Source: Ginglymostoma cirratum (Eukaryota). Taken from it: a stretch of DNA of 64,000 nt. The notes below the pieces were generated by a model. That model made no database searches. It saw only the letters and a program-made list of their open reading frames with translations, and had not been told where the DNA came from. Of the stretch, positions 13,831 to 26,389 are shown in pieces. The stretch's first letter is position 1. The number at the start of each line of letters is the position of its first letter. A program made the translations under genes and the position numbers. The DNA lies in NCBI GenBank assembly GCA_024137785.1, contig JAHRHZ010000036.1, positions 3,111,091-3,175,090 on the forward strand, read 5' to 3'.

Positions 13831-13858
13831 CTGATGAAGGGTTTAGGCCCGAAACGTC
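13831..13858 (+). ncRNA. Minimal hammerhead ribozyme core, plus strand
   Basis: CTGATGAAGGGTTTAGGCCCGAAACGTC. Confidence 0.72.
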
Positions 13859-16800
13859 AAGTTTTCCTGCTCCTGTGATGCTGCTTGACCTGCTGTGCTC
13901 ATCCAGCCCCATGCTTGTTATCTTACAAAGAGTTAATTTGGTTTTTGTTTTAAAATAATGCATTTTTGTCTTGGCGTTCCAATTCTAAATGCTTGAGTAC
14001 ACATCTGCAATGGAAATTACCCTTGCAAATTTAGCAGGCTAGAAGTGTTAGGGTGTAATTACAGAGACACATTGGTAGGTGTAATTACAATGTCACAAAT
14101 TTACACAGGCAGCTTCTATTGTAAATGGAGATGTAGAATTTATTATATAGCGAAGTTGCCAGGAAGTATCTACAGCTGTAAGATAGACATAAGATTTCAA
14201 GTTCCTGTCTTTCCAGAATGAGTGAGTGTGGCTTTTTGGGACCCCCTAAAACAAGTTTTCCGGAAATGCTGTTAATGTTTTCATTCTTGTGGGTTTTTGG
14301 CATGGCATATATTTTTAGAGGTGGGGTGGAAGAGGATGATATTTTTTCGTAACATTTCTCTAATATTTCAGCGTCCTTGCTCTGATACATCTGTACCGTA
14401 GGTGTGTCCTTGACCAAAGACTCTACATGTTTCTGATTGTGCCAGGGGAAATGTTGGTTCCTGGCCTTTGACAGACTTGAGGATATGAAGCAAAATGAAT
14501 TTTTCCTTTGTCAGGATGTTCGTGTCGTTTGTGGTGTCAGGACAGTTAATGGGGCACAATGATGGTGTAGTGATAATGAGACTATTCTGTTAATCCAAAG
14601 GCCAAGCAAATGCTGTGGGGACATTGCAGAGGAATCGAGTAAGGGAAAGGGCAAGAAAATGAATGTGAGGAGTGTTGGATTAGTCATGACTCTATTGAAT
14701 AGCAAAACAGATTTGAGAGGCTGAACAGCCTGTTCCTATTACTTATGGTTCTTATAATTCAGATTCTGCCATGAACTTCAGTTAATAAATCTGGAATCGA
14801 AAGCTGTTCACTGTTGGTGACCATGACACAGTTGATTATAGGAGTCTTCGTTTCCACCCCTTGCACTATTAAATGTTGCTTCACTACTGTAATTTTTGAC
14901 TGTACCTCAGTTTTCAATGTGCCTTCAGAAAATTAAGGATGCTGTTTCTGTCGTTTGCAGCACCTGATGCTAATAAAAGCCTCATTGAGGTTTGTGTTCA
15001 AAATCAAATGGATTTGATTATAACAACCATAGTGTCCCTAACCCAGAACCAGAAGGCCTGGGTTCAAGTCCCACCTTCTCCAGAGGTGTTTAACATCTCA
15101 ACGGGTGATTTTTGAAAGAGGTTAAATTTTTAAAAGATTTAATTTTGCATATTGATATGTAAAAGTAACTCGGGTATGGTTTAAAATTTAATGCAATCAG
15201 CATGAATTTATCTCTGCTTCCCACAGGCTGAGAATTTCTGCTTTTGGGCTCAAGCAGCAAAAGCAATCATGCAGTCCCACCCCAAGCCCCCGACTCTGTC
15301 AGGTCTCCTCCCCCCACCTCCCCTTTTAGTTCACAATGAGGGGCTTGTGACAATTTTCCACCCTCACAATAGGGTCACAAGATTTGAGAAGCACTGATTT
15401 ATCTCCAAGTGTAAACCAGTACAGAGGTAAAGGGCATGTGTCACAAATGTTGACTCTGCATGTGCTGAGCAGAGCCAAGCATGTCTTGATTCCCTGTGGT
15501 TGTGCTGTGTGAGAACAGGAGTTGGGGTGGGTTTAGGTACAGTGTGGACAGGGTGAGTTGGGGGCTTTGGGTAAGAGAGTAGGGGATGGAGGAGGGACCT
15601 CAAATACCACTTCACAAACAGAAGCTCGCGTTACATGTAACCTCCATCTGATTTCAGTATCCAAAACTCTTCACAAGGCTGCAGGGAAGCACTGTGCAGA
15701 CATGTTATTTTGAAGAAAAACATTTGTTTTCTTTACCAAATGCAATGTTTACGCAGACAGTTGGAGCTGCATTTCTGTACAGCTGTAGTCTCAGCATGAA
15801 GCAGATCACTACTACAGTTTTAAGACTGTGCTGCTCGAGTCATCTGCGGTGTAGTCAGAGGACGTGTTTTGGTGCAAACTCAATTATTTGTTTGTAGTTT
15901 GTGTCGAGCTGATTTTTGCCCAAAATCGCAAGCTTTCTGCTGGGAGTCAGTGGCTACAAAATTGTTTTATACCACTTCCACTGTGTAATTCTGTTAAAGG
16001 GCTGAAAATTATTTATCTCCACTCCTAAAACTCTATAATTAATATTGTTGCACCTGCTTTATGGTTTATATGAAAAAGTGCAGATTTTTGTTTATAGTTT
16101 TGGTATTTGAAGGAGCAGGACAACTACCAGCCAGCGTCATCCCACAACCTTTCTTTCCCCCTTCACCCACAATTTGAATGATTTTTATTCTGATGAAGCT
16201 TGAGGTTGAATTTACTTCAGTCCTTGGGTCTCTCGGTTCTGACGTATCACCAGAATTGCATCATGTTTGCATCAGTAAGAAACTTAAACTCCTTTTGTTT
16301 TATCCTAAATGTGTTAACTGTGAATACTGTGTTCTATGAGTACCTCCCAAAATCCTGCAACACAATGTACGCGATTTGTTATGCTGTGTTAAGTTTGTTG
16401 CCCATGAGTCATTGCACCGCGATGTTTTTAATTCTTTTGGAACAGAAGGTGAATGTTGTGCTCTTTAAGAAAGGTGTTGGTGTTGTGAAGCAGGATGTTT
16501 CATGTTTTTGCATTCATGTTAACTTAGAGCATTGCCAACTGAAGTATAACACAATGCTCTTGCACTGCTTCAATTTCATAGTTCTTAGCCTGATCAAACT
16601 ATTCATCTTGATTAAATTCAGCACTCGAGTGCTTTGAATGAAGGACCACCCTTGTCCTGTTTTCTTTGTGACTGCTGCATTGCCTGATAGTTTAGGACTA
16701 GCTCCCTTCGTTCTTACACTTTCCAGTAACTTATTGGAGTTACTGATTGGAGTAACTTTTGATTGGAGCATCTTTTGTTGTTGTTCTTGCCCTCAATAGC

Positions 16801-17081
16801 CTTAGCCGTTGCTGCCCACTGCTATGACTGGCTGTAGTAAAACCTGTGCTATTGCTGTTGCTTCTGTCTTCTGTTTGCCAAACTCTTAAGATTGACCTAA
16901 CATTTTGATTTTTGTTTGGATAAGCTTCTCCGTCTATTAACAGCATAAGTGACTACACGCAAACAATTTGCTATTTAAATTCTACATGTAGCTAGAATAT
17001 ACAGAAAATCTAGACTTGTAATAAAATAACTTGAAGTGATTTAAGCTAATACCAGTGGACTCGCAAGCAGTTTCCTGCAGG

Positions 17082-17172
17082 TGAAGGGTCTAGGCCCGAA
17101 ACATCGAGCTTTCCTGCTCCTATGATGCTGCTTGGCCTGCTGTGTTCATCCAGCTCCACACCTTGTTATCTC
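17082..17172 (+). mobile_element. PLE 3'-end fragment, copy G (single arm, older subfamily, hammerhead 5' core lost)
   Basis: tgaagggtctaggcccgaaacatcgagctttcctgctcc...ccttgttatctc. Confidence 0.8.
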
Positions 17173-17719
17173 TATTGCAAGGCATCTGCTTTTCATATGA
17201 AATTGAAAAAGTATCATGATCAAGGCTGGAGGAGTGCACTGTCATTCTAGTCTCACTACTGCATGAATTGCAACATGAAAATATTTTTCCAGCAACCAAG
17301 ATGACCAATTAAATGTCTTGCCTGTATCAAGTAAAAGGTCTATCAACCAGATTCCTTAAAGCTATGGGATTATTATCAAAACAAAATTATTAAATAAAGA
17401 TGCAATAACTGGCTAACATTACTGTCCAGTTATGTAGAAATATAAATGCTTATTCCCCAAACGTGTGCATACTCCATTACAAAATGAAAACTGGTTTCTT
17501 TGCAGAGAATGGCTTTCTGAAAAGAGAACCACTCTGGCCATTGAGTGTTCTTGAAGGCAAAAGGGTAAAGTACTCAAAGTTCTGGTATCTGTTCTAACAA
17601 GTATGGTCAAGTCCATAAACATGAACAGTTGTCTGTGTAATGTTGCAGATACAAATTACTAAGGGAGTACAACCTTGGTGGGTTTTTTTTCAACCTCAAA
17701 ACCGGTTTCACCCTGCACT

Positions 17720-17864
17720 GAGATAGCAAAAACTGCCGATGCTGGAGTCAGAGATACCACTTTCTTTTCTGAAGAAGGGTCCCGACCTGAAATGTCAGCT
17801 TTCCTGTTCCTCTGATACTGCCTGGCCTGCTGTGTTCCTCCAGCTCCCCACTTTTTGTTATCTC
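17720..17864. mobile_element. PLE 3'-end inverted element, copy H (tail on left arm, degenerate hammerhead on right arm)
   Basis: gagatagcaaaaactgccgatgctggagtcagagata...ctgaagaagggtcccgacctgaaatgtc...ttgttatctc; degenerate TSD tcaccctgcact / ttaacctgcact. Confidence 0.78.
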
Positions 17865-19744
17865 TTAACCTGCACTGTTGTGGGGGTTTTCTGTTCAGAA
17901 ATGGAAGAGATCAGAAGGCAAGCTTGTTCATCGCAAGCTTTCCTTGAATTCATCTGGTTTCTAGCAGGCTTTCTTCCAAAGGAACCAGATGAAACCAGAA
18001 TCTCTCCAAGCCAGCCACAATGTTTGTTTTTTTAAATGTCTCAACTGTAGCCAAAGCAATTAACTATCTATCACCAAATATGATTGCTAGAAAGCTGTTC
18101 TTAAAAGATTCTCCAGTGTAAACTTTAAGTTGCTTCTTAAAGAAATTACTCAAGGATTATCCACAACTTGAAATGTATTTTTCCACACATCCTTCAAAAC
18201 CCAAGTCCTCCAAAAATTATTTAATATAAACATCTTTGCAGTTAGTCTCATCTGGGAGCGTTTAACTGAAGTTCTGAGCATCAAGTTGTTTCTTCACTCA
18301 TTGAGCTACAGTTATGCAACTAAAATTAATTGCACCTTTTTTAAGTTAAACATGGTAGGCATAAGCCAATTTTTGCTAAATAAGGGTAAGTAGACAATGA
18401 CCCTATGTAGACTGAGTACGAGACTTTGTTGGAAAGCCAACCTAATTTTCTGATTTTAGTTTGAAAAATTGGATATTTTATATTGTTTACAACCAGTGTG
18501 GAGAATTATTCAAATGCCCTTACCTAGGATTTGAAACAGAATATCTTCAATACTCTTTATTTAACAAGGGACATTATATTTACAGAGTTAAGGATCCATA
18601 TTAAGCATGGAAAGAGCAGGTTCCTTCCAGTGACCAGGATAGAAGTCAAATTAAGTTTACACCGCAGGATTCAGACTGATACTTTCAATTCTCAACCCAG
18701 AGTCTGTCCACAATGTTCCATCTAGCTCAATGCGTTCCCAAGAAATCCATTGGGGAATTTGAAATTTGTTTTCCCAAAGAGTGGCGAGCATGTGGAACCT
18801 GTTACTCAAATGGTGTTTTCTGTACCGTGTATCCCGTGTAATCAAAACTCATCCTAATAATCTTCAAATTTTATTGGTAAAATTATGTTGCTGCTGCTTA
18901 TAAAATGACCTGATGCTCCTAACTGCCGCATTGATATTCACCTTGGCTTAACAGTTCCATGACCTGCTCTGAAACCACGTGTAAGCCTTGCAACTTGCTA
19001 TATCCCTCAAATTCTGGCCACTTACACAGCCCCAGTTCTTATTGCTCCACTATTGATGGCCCTTCAGTTGCCTCTGCTTTAACTGTGATTTTTCCCTAGT
19101 AATCTTCTCTGGCTTGCAATCTCTCCTCCTTTACAGTACTTGTTAACATCTACTAATTTGATCATGCTTTTGGCCGTCCATTCTAATATCCCCCTTGGAT
19201 GGCTTTACATAAATTTTGTTTGCTGCCACTCCTATAATTAAGATAATTTTGCTGTGTTAAATGCACTAAATAGAAGCAAGTTACTTTGGTTCGCCTGAAG
19301 AAAATCATTCACTTGCACAGCGTGAGATATTTGACAAATTGTGTTCAGTTTTCAAAATGATGTACTCCCCTTTATGAATGTGAAATGTTAAACAGAATTT
19401 CTAAAGTTCGTGCCTGAACTAGTCTTGCCATCTGTACTTAGATTATAAATGAAGCTGAGCCTCTCTCACTTCCTCCCTTGAAGGTGTATTCCCAATCTTA
19501 ACCTCCATTCTAAGCCTTTTCAAAGTGTGGCTATGAGCTTTCAAAAGAAATTGGAGAGTCTTCCACTAGACTGACGAGTGGTGAGAGGGCTTTGATCAGA
19601 ACTGGCCTCCGACACCGAAAGCCTTGGCTGGAGGAGGTATTCCGTGGTATTTGTGGAACAAAACTTGCCAATTTTTTAAAAATTGGCTTGATGAATAGAG
19701 GGGGACAATTCCAGTTTGCTTGATCTTAAAACCAAACTTCTTGA

Positions 19745-19975
<231 letters not shown>

Positions 19976-20787
19976 TAAGAGACTTTGTTTGTTTGTTTGT
20001 TTGTTTTTTACTGAGTTTGGTGTGTATTTTGTGAAATGACATAACCACCATATATTGCGCAGTGTTCAACACTAGTGAATTTCATGTGAAGGAGATGCTT
20101 TGTAGGAATAGTTTTCTTTACCTGGACAGATTCATTTTATTTTTGGATGTTTAATCTATCCAGATGTAACTTTTATTCCCAAACTTTATAAGAGAACTTT
20201 GGGCATCCTGTGTATTCTTAGAGGATCTTTAAAATATGGGCAGTTTCGTGTTGTGCATTGTAATCACAAAGAACTTGACTTCGTGGTCCAAATTTTACTC
20301 TAATAGTTTTAACCTATGGTAAGGGCATTAAGTATTTTTTTGATTTGATTGAATAATTGAGTGCCACTGTTCAGTCTCTTTGTCCTGGGGCTGGAGGGGT
20401 TTGGGATGGTGCAGAAGAGAAAATTGCAAGTGTGGCGTCTCAATTATTGCTGGAGATTTTAATTTTTATATTAAGATTAATTTTTGTTTCCCTTTTTTGT
20501 CTCATCCCATCTGGATATCCCAACTTTAACTTGGCTTGCAATGCAATTGTTTCCTGTTCTTCACCTTTCTAATTTGTAACTTATCAGTAAGGATTCTTTA
20601 ATCTGGTTGAAGAATCTCCTGGAGCATACCTGCTCAGATTCCACATATACCCTGAGAGGGCATAGCACGTGAAATACAGGATCGATAGAAATTCCTGCAG
20701 ACAAGCCGGAGTAGTACCTCTGGGCAACTGTATGTGAGGTAAATGACCGGGTTTACAAATGGCCCAGATAGTCCTCTCAGAAAAGCA

Positions 20788-20890
20788 ATTAAAAGCAGAA
20801 ATTGCTGGAGAAATTCGGCAAGTCTGCCAGCATCTGTGGAGGGAAAGCAAAGTTAAAATTTCAAGTTCAGTGACCCTACTTCAGAGTTGA
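20788..20890 (-). mobile_element. Old PLE-like 3'-end fragment (similar fragments at ~295-390, ~6000-6080, ~32890-32945, ~44810-44915 with 9-bp TSD tgtaatcct, ~48880-48990, ~49685-49780)
   Basis: aaaagcagaaattgctggagaaattcggcaagtctgccagcatctgtggagggaaagcaaagttaaaatttcaag...gaccctacttcag; decayed hammerhead-like remnant on minus strand. Confidence 0.6.
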
Positions 20891-21567
20891 GCTCAAAAAT
20901 GGTGGTGTTTTAAGTGTCTGAAATGGATTGATGGTCCCTGACATCTAAGGCTTGTGTTTTAAATGGCTGATCCAACCTGTTATTTTTTGTTAGCTGTTTT
21001 CTCAATACACAATTATTGCTTCTCTCCATCTCCCCTAATTTATTTCCCTATTTGCAATTTGTGGTGAATTTTGCAGTAAAAATAAAGTGAAGAAAAGAAT
21101 ATTACAGTATTGTTTTCGTAAGTGAAAAGACCTGTGCATCACATTCCACTTATTGGAACATTGTGGTCAGAGGCAAGTATTACATATGGCTTCACAAGAT
21201 TTTCATGGCTTCAAGTTTTTGACTGTATTTTTGTATTCCTTTTAAACATCTGGTGCTCAAAATTACACTTCTATTCATCGTGGTTCATACATCTTATTTT
21301 CATGAAAGAATCAGTTAACGTTTAATAGTTGCACCAGTCCTTTTTCTAGTCAAAACTTTTCATCTAGTAACATTGAAATATTTTGCAAATTTGTTTTCCT
21401 GTTTTGAAGTATTACACCTGCAACTAAATCTCAATAAGGAGGGTACTCCTGGAGGTCCTTAAAAACCTGGCAGGACAAAGAGTAAATTTTTATTGTCCCT
21501 TCTGAGTCTCTCAAAATGCTAAGAACAGAGTTTTTGTAACTTTTTGCTCCTTTCTGTTTTATTGCAG

Positions 21568-21597
21568 GAACTGAAAGGTGGAAAGACGTTTTCTAAG
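21568..21597 (+). CDS. EEIG1: EEIG1 coding exon 3 (30-nt microexon): ELKGGKTFSK
   Basis: tttctgttttattgcag|GAA...AAG|gtagga; phase 0-0; matches ELKGGKAYSK of FAM102A. Confidence 0.95.
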
Positions 21598-21769
21598 GTA
21601 GGATCACATATCTTTATACAGACGTTGACGTGTGAACCATAGACTGAGGGAACGAGTTATGGGGTTCACACAGTCAGGTTGTTGATATTTTGAGTTAGAT
21701 GAGGCATTTGCTGAGAAGTCACTTTACAGAGGGAATTGATCTGGTGAGCCAACTTCCACCCATTTGAGG

Positions 21770-22155
21770 GAGATAGTAGCATAGTGGTAATACTGCTGGT
21801 CTAGTTATCGAGAGGCCCGGGTTAATGCTACAGGAACACTGGTTCAAATCCCACCACGGTAACTGGTGGACTAGTTGGCAGTGATGACTGTACAACTATG
21901 ATTGAGCATTGCAAAACCCATCTGATTCACTGTGTACCTTAAAAAGGACATGAATCGGCTATTCTTTTTTTAATTTGCTCTGGCCTACATTTCATGCCAG
22001 ATCCAGATCCAGATCCAATTCAACATCAACACACTGTTGTCTCTCAGCAGCCCTCTGAAATGACCAAGTAAGCCCCTTAGTTCAAGGGCTGTTAGGGCTG
22101 GGCAACTAATGTCAGTCTTGCCAGTGATACCCACATCCCGTGGAAGAATAAAGAA
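21770..22155 (+). mobile_element. tRNA-derived SINE (related copies ~4560-4880 minus, ~14555-14845 plus, ~37030-37330 minus, partial ~44690-44950)
   Basis: A-box tagcatagtggtaat, B-box ggttcaaatccc, tail ...gccagtgatacccacatcccgtggaagaataaag. Confidence 0.7.
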
Positions 22156-25100
22156 TAAACCATAATTTCAGCCCAAATGTTTCCTGACTGGAGAATTTAA
22201 CTCAACCCAAACTGGGGCAGGACCCTTGATTCAGGTGGCAAAATCCTTGCTTCTGCTGGGTGTTAGTGGCTTTAGGACCTCTCCATCCAGAACTCAAGTG
22301 GATAACCTCACGTGATGTTACAACGCAGCAATAAGTAAACACCTGGACTTGCTGTCCTTTGGGTTATGTTAAAAACAAGTTTTCCCTGCATTTCCATTGT
22401 TTCTGGTGGGTATGAAATATGCCAGAAAATAGCTGGGAGTTTTCTGGTTACTCTGGCCAGTGTTCCTTAGTTAACCAACACTGCTTCAAAAAAAGATAAC
22501 TTGGGTAATTTGTCCCATACTGTTTATAGGTTATAACTACAGAGTTATTGTGCCCATACATTCAAAGTAGTAATATGTGAAGTGCTGAGAGATTTATTCA
22601 GAAATATGATGACCATCTATAATAAATGCTTCTCTGTTTCCTTGCCATAATGATGTAAGGGTGTGATTTAAGAAATGCAGTGTATTGGGAAAATTGCACA
22701 TGTGCCAGGAGTTAGAGCTCATAGCCCTTTGCTCCTTAGCACTACCTACAGCAAAGCATGATATGTCTGCATGCTTTTTTTTGTAAAGGGCTATATTAGT
22801 GACCTAATAAAATAACACTCTTTCCAGTGATTATTGAACATTGTCCGTGAAAGGAAAAATTGCATGGTTCCCTGATCAATGCAGTTGTCAACAGTGACAC
22901 AATTTTTCCAAAAGTCAACTGTTTGTCGGCAGTTGCAGTTGCCATGGTGAAGCTGCAAGATAGAGGTCAATGTGAATACGCGTTTTACTTTCAGTATGAC
23001 CTCCAAATGGTAATTGGAATTGCACCAAATTTGTCATTAGACTATTTTTAAGTGTTGTGCTGTTCATATAGTGAATACTCACCCATAGACAAATTGTTTC
23101 CAAGGCCTGATATGTTTCTCAATATTTGAAAAGTAGTGATTAGACTGAGCAATGTGTTAACTGGTCAGTGGAATAACACAGGCTGTGTTAATTGTGTTTT
23201 GTGCTGCAGCTGAAAGAGGACGGTTTTTTTGTACATGTTATATTGTTTCCGTGCTGAGCAAGCATTTTTCTCACCATTGCTCTGGTATTTTAGGAGGTTC
23301 TATAGTTTGAGGTTCTTTGCAGTCTGACTGCATCTTCATTAACATAAGATTTCATGGACCTGCTTGGTTTTACCCCCCCTCACATGTTGCCTTCCCTTAG
23401 TCTTTTTTAAATAGCTGTTTTTCACAAAGAAACATGCTAAATCCTGTTAGGTGCTGTTGCTGTTCCTCTTCCTGTCTGACTTTCAGGGTCGACTAGTCTG
23501 AAACACTGACTGACTCAATGAGCAGTTGAAGTAATGTGTTTTGCTTCTCCCAAGACTCTGTGGCAATGAGAAATGTGTTGTATCTGATGTCTTGGCTCAA
23601 AAGTTGGATTATAGTTGGCTCAAAAGTCTCTTGCATATATAAATTTATGATAAAGTGAACCATTTGTGAATATTTTATTTCCATGAGCACCTAAGGATAC
23701 AGATAAAGAGCCAGATCTTGAACAATGCATAAGTAATATTTTTGAGTACTAGTTTACACCTGATCAAAAGTTTTAGTTTCACAGGTGTCTCACTCGGGTA
23801 TCAAAAGGGATTATTTTAGAGAAATATAACATTGTTCTGTTTTACCAGTTTACGTTAATTCAGAATAGTTCTGGATTTTATTACATTGAATGTATTAAGC
23901 AGCAGAAAATCTAATCAGTTTCCATCAGCCTAAAATCATTTTAACACCCCTCCGTTCTACTTCCTCCTCCATTCCCAACTGACTCGATCCTTTCCTTGCT
24001 CTCCAAGATCAAGTATTTATATCTATGCTACTTTTGTTTATCAGCCAAGACTTGTCCTCTAGTACTTCGTAGTTAGCCAATAGCAAGCGCAGTTGGAAGC
24101 ATTTTCAATGTCTTTGCATCCCACCTTGGAAATAAGATTACTTGACATCTCCATTGCGAGCAAATAAAGCCTACCTTGTTGTCCAGTTCCATGCTCTTGG
24201 CATATTTTTGCATTCAACTCAAAATAATCTGACACAAAAGTTGCAAGGTTTTCTCCCAGTATTTGTACGCCAGCTTTGAACAGTTATAAGAGTCATAGAT
24301 ACAAAGCACGGAATCAGACTCTTCAGAACAACTCATTCATGCTGAACAGGTATCCTAAATTAATGTTCCAGGGAAAATAGCCCCAGGCTGTTCAGCCTCT
24401 CCCTGTAGCTCAAACCCTCCAACCCTGGCAACATATTTGTACATTTTTTCTGAACCATTTCAAGTTTCATTTGTTGAATCTTTTTCCACTGGATTGTGCA
24501 TGTTTCTTTTAAACGACTATAGAGGCTGCCACCCGTCTCTATGCTAAGATGGAAATAATTGTGCAGCCTGTGGGTAATGTGGCTTCTACTTTAAAGTCAA
24601 GGGGTTCTTGACATTTAAGAGGCTTTTGCCAATATCTGGACATTGACCGAAGTATTGAGAAACTCTGAGGCATCATGTCATTCTTATGCATGTGATGCTT
24701 TTTTTGTGTTTCTGTCCAGCCCTAATTACGAGAAGGGAATCTGTTACAAGGAGTGAAAATCTGATGTAGTCTGTTATGCAGTTGATAAATCAATCCTTGT
24801 AAATGGCAAGAAAAATGCTAACATCTTGTACTTGTTTGAGAAAATCTGCAAAAGCTTAAATTATCCCTTACGTTGTGGGTTAGGGGAAGTTTGATTTTTC
24901 TAAAACTGTATTTACAGCTCTCCTAGGATAGGCTCAGAAGAGACTAGAACAATGAGTCTCTTGTTTCATTCTGAAATGACCTCCTAAACAGTGTTGCATA
25001 GTCTAAATTTGTCAATTTAATCAGCATTGTTAAGAGTATGCAATTAAACTCCTTTTGGTGGCAAACACCTGCTAGTATATCTGGGATAACCCATTAACTG

Positions 25101-26389
25101 GCATGTCTTGCCTTAGGACATTTTACAGATGGTGAGTCTTTTAATAGTAATGAGAACAGAATCTCCTCTGTGGATACTTTTTTAAGTGTCTATTACTTAG
25201 GATAACATGGCAGCAGCATGTGCAATGCAGACCAAGTAGTTGCTTGTTGTGTACCACACCAATAAAGAGCTAGAATGGAAAATCTCTTTGACTTGCTGTA
25301 TTACTGGTCAAATAACTATTGAGGAACCTGTTTATATAGAGAAACTTATTTTTGGTGACTTCTGAACATAAAGGCCTCTGAGTCACGTACATTTGTAAAC
25401 ATCTATTTCTTTTAGAAAAAGATCGTCAATTTCCAAATTTTTGCTGTTAATATTCCCATAACTAGAGTTTTACTGTAATACTCTTCACACTGGACAGTAG
25501 GGTAGCAGTGGGAAGGGGCTTAGTAAATTTCTAACAATCCGGACTACTTGTGTGGAAAAAATGTTTAAACAATTCTTTTTGCAAATTTATAAATTTTCTA
25601 TGTCGGGAGTAACAGATTAGTAGGAAGGAGAGCAGCAGTGAGCTGTATATCTGGTGGCATTCTATTCCACTTTATCTTCCTGCAAATATCCATAATGTGA
25701 CTTTTAGTTTGTGGGGGTGAGGGAGTGAAGAATGAACAGATGATTGGCAGCTCGATTTTTAAAAACAAAAAACTGTTAGTCAAAATGACTTGCTTTGACC
25801 TACATAGTTGCCTCTGTTGCTCAGCACTGTGCAGGTCAATTTAATAAGTGTTTATGGATATATGAAAAGTAATTTCCATCTTTAAAAGATTGACACATCC
25901 TGACTGCATACAAAACCAAAGTCTGAACTTTGAATGCACAACTGTTCTTTCCTACTGGAAAATCTAGCTGATTTACTTTAGTGCAAGACACCAGCTGAGC
26001 AGAACTAGGAACTGCGTTGATTGGCTAAGGGTGTGGGAGGCCACTTTCATCAGTGACCTTTCTTTTGATATTTTATTCAAGGTTTTTCTAAATATCTTAT
26101 GAAAACTCAAGTTTATATTTTAAATATCTCTTCAGTATTTATTCATGTGTGCTATTCAAATCCACTTTGTTGAATTTAATGCAGTACTGCTTTTTTTGGA
26201 CTTTTGTTAGTTGTTGGAACAGTTCCATAGCCGCCATAATCACATTTCACAATTTTTATGCATGCAGACAGTATAATAAATCTTTCATTTGGATATAGAT
26301 GAAGCTGTGGCAGGAATATGCAGCAGAATAAATTGTGCTGATGGAGTAGATGTGTCTGAGTGTCTCTAAATATTTACCTTGCCAAAAAT

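Larger units (their letters stand above)
13246..13922. mobile_element. PLE 3'-end fold-back element, copy B (spans N gap), 14-bp TSD
   Basis: Inverted arms; TSD ttacaaagagttaa at 13232-13245 and 13923-13936; hammerhead cores on both strands. Confidence 0.88.

Noticed and set aside
13291-13963. Four long ORFs (148-188 aa) in the ORF track
   Set aside because: They are open only because they run through the 400-N gap; flanks are the non-coding PLE hairpin.
16200-16637. 145-aa ORF in intron 1 (also 142-aa ORF 55718..56146)
   Set aside because: No recognisable domain, non-ATG start, composition typical of AT-rich non-coding DNA.
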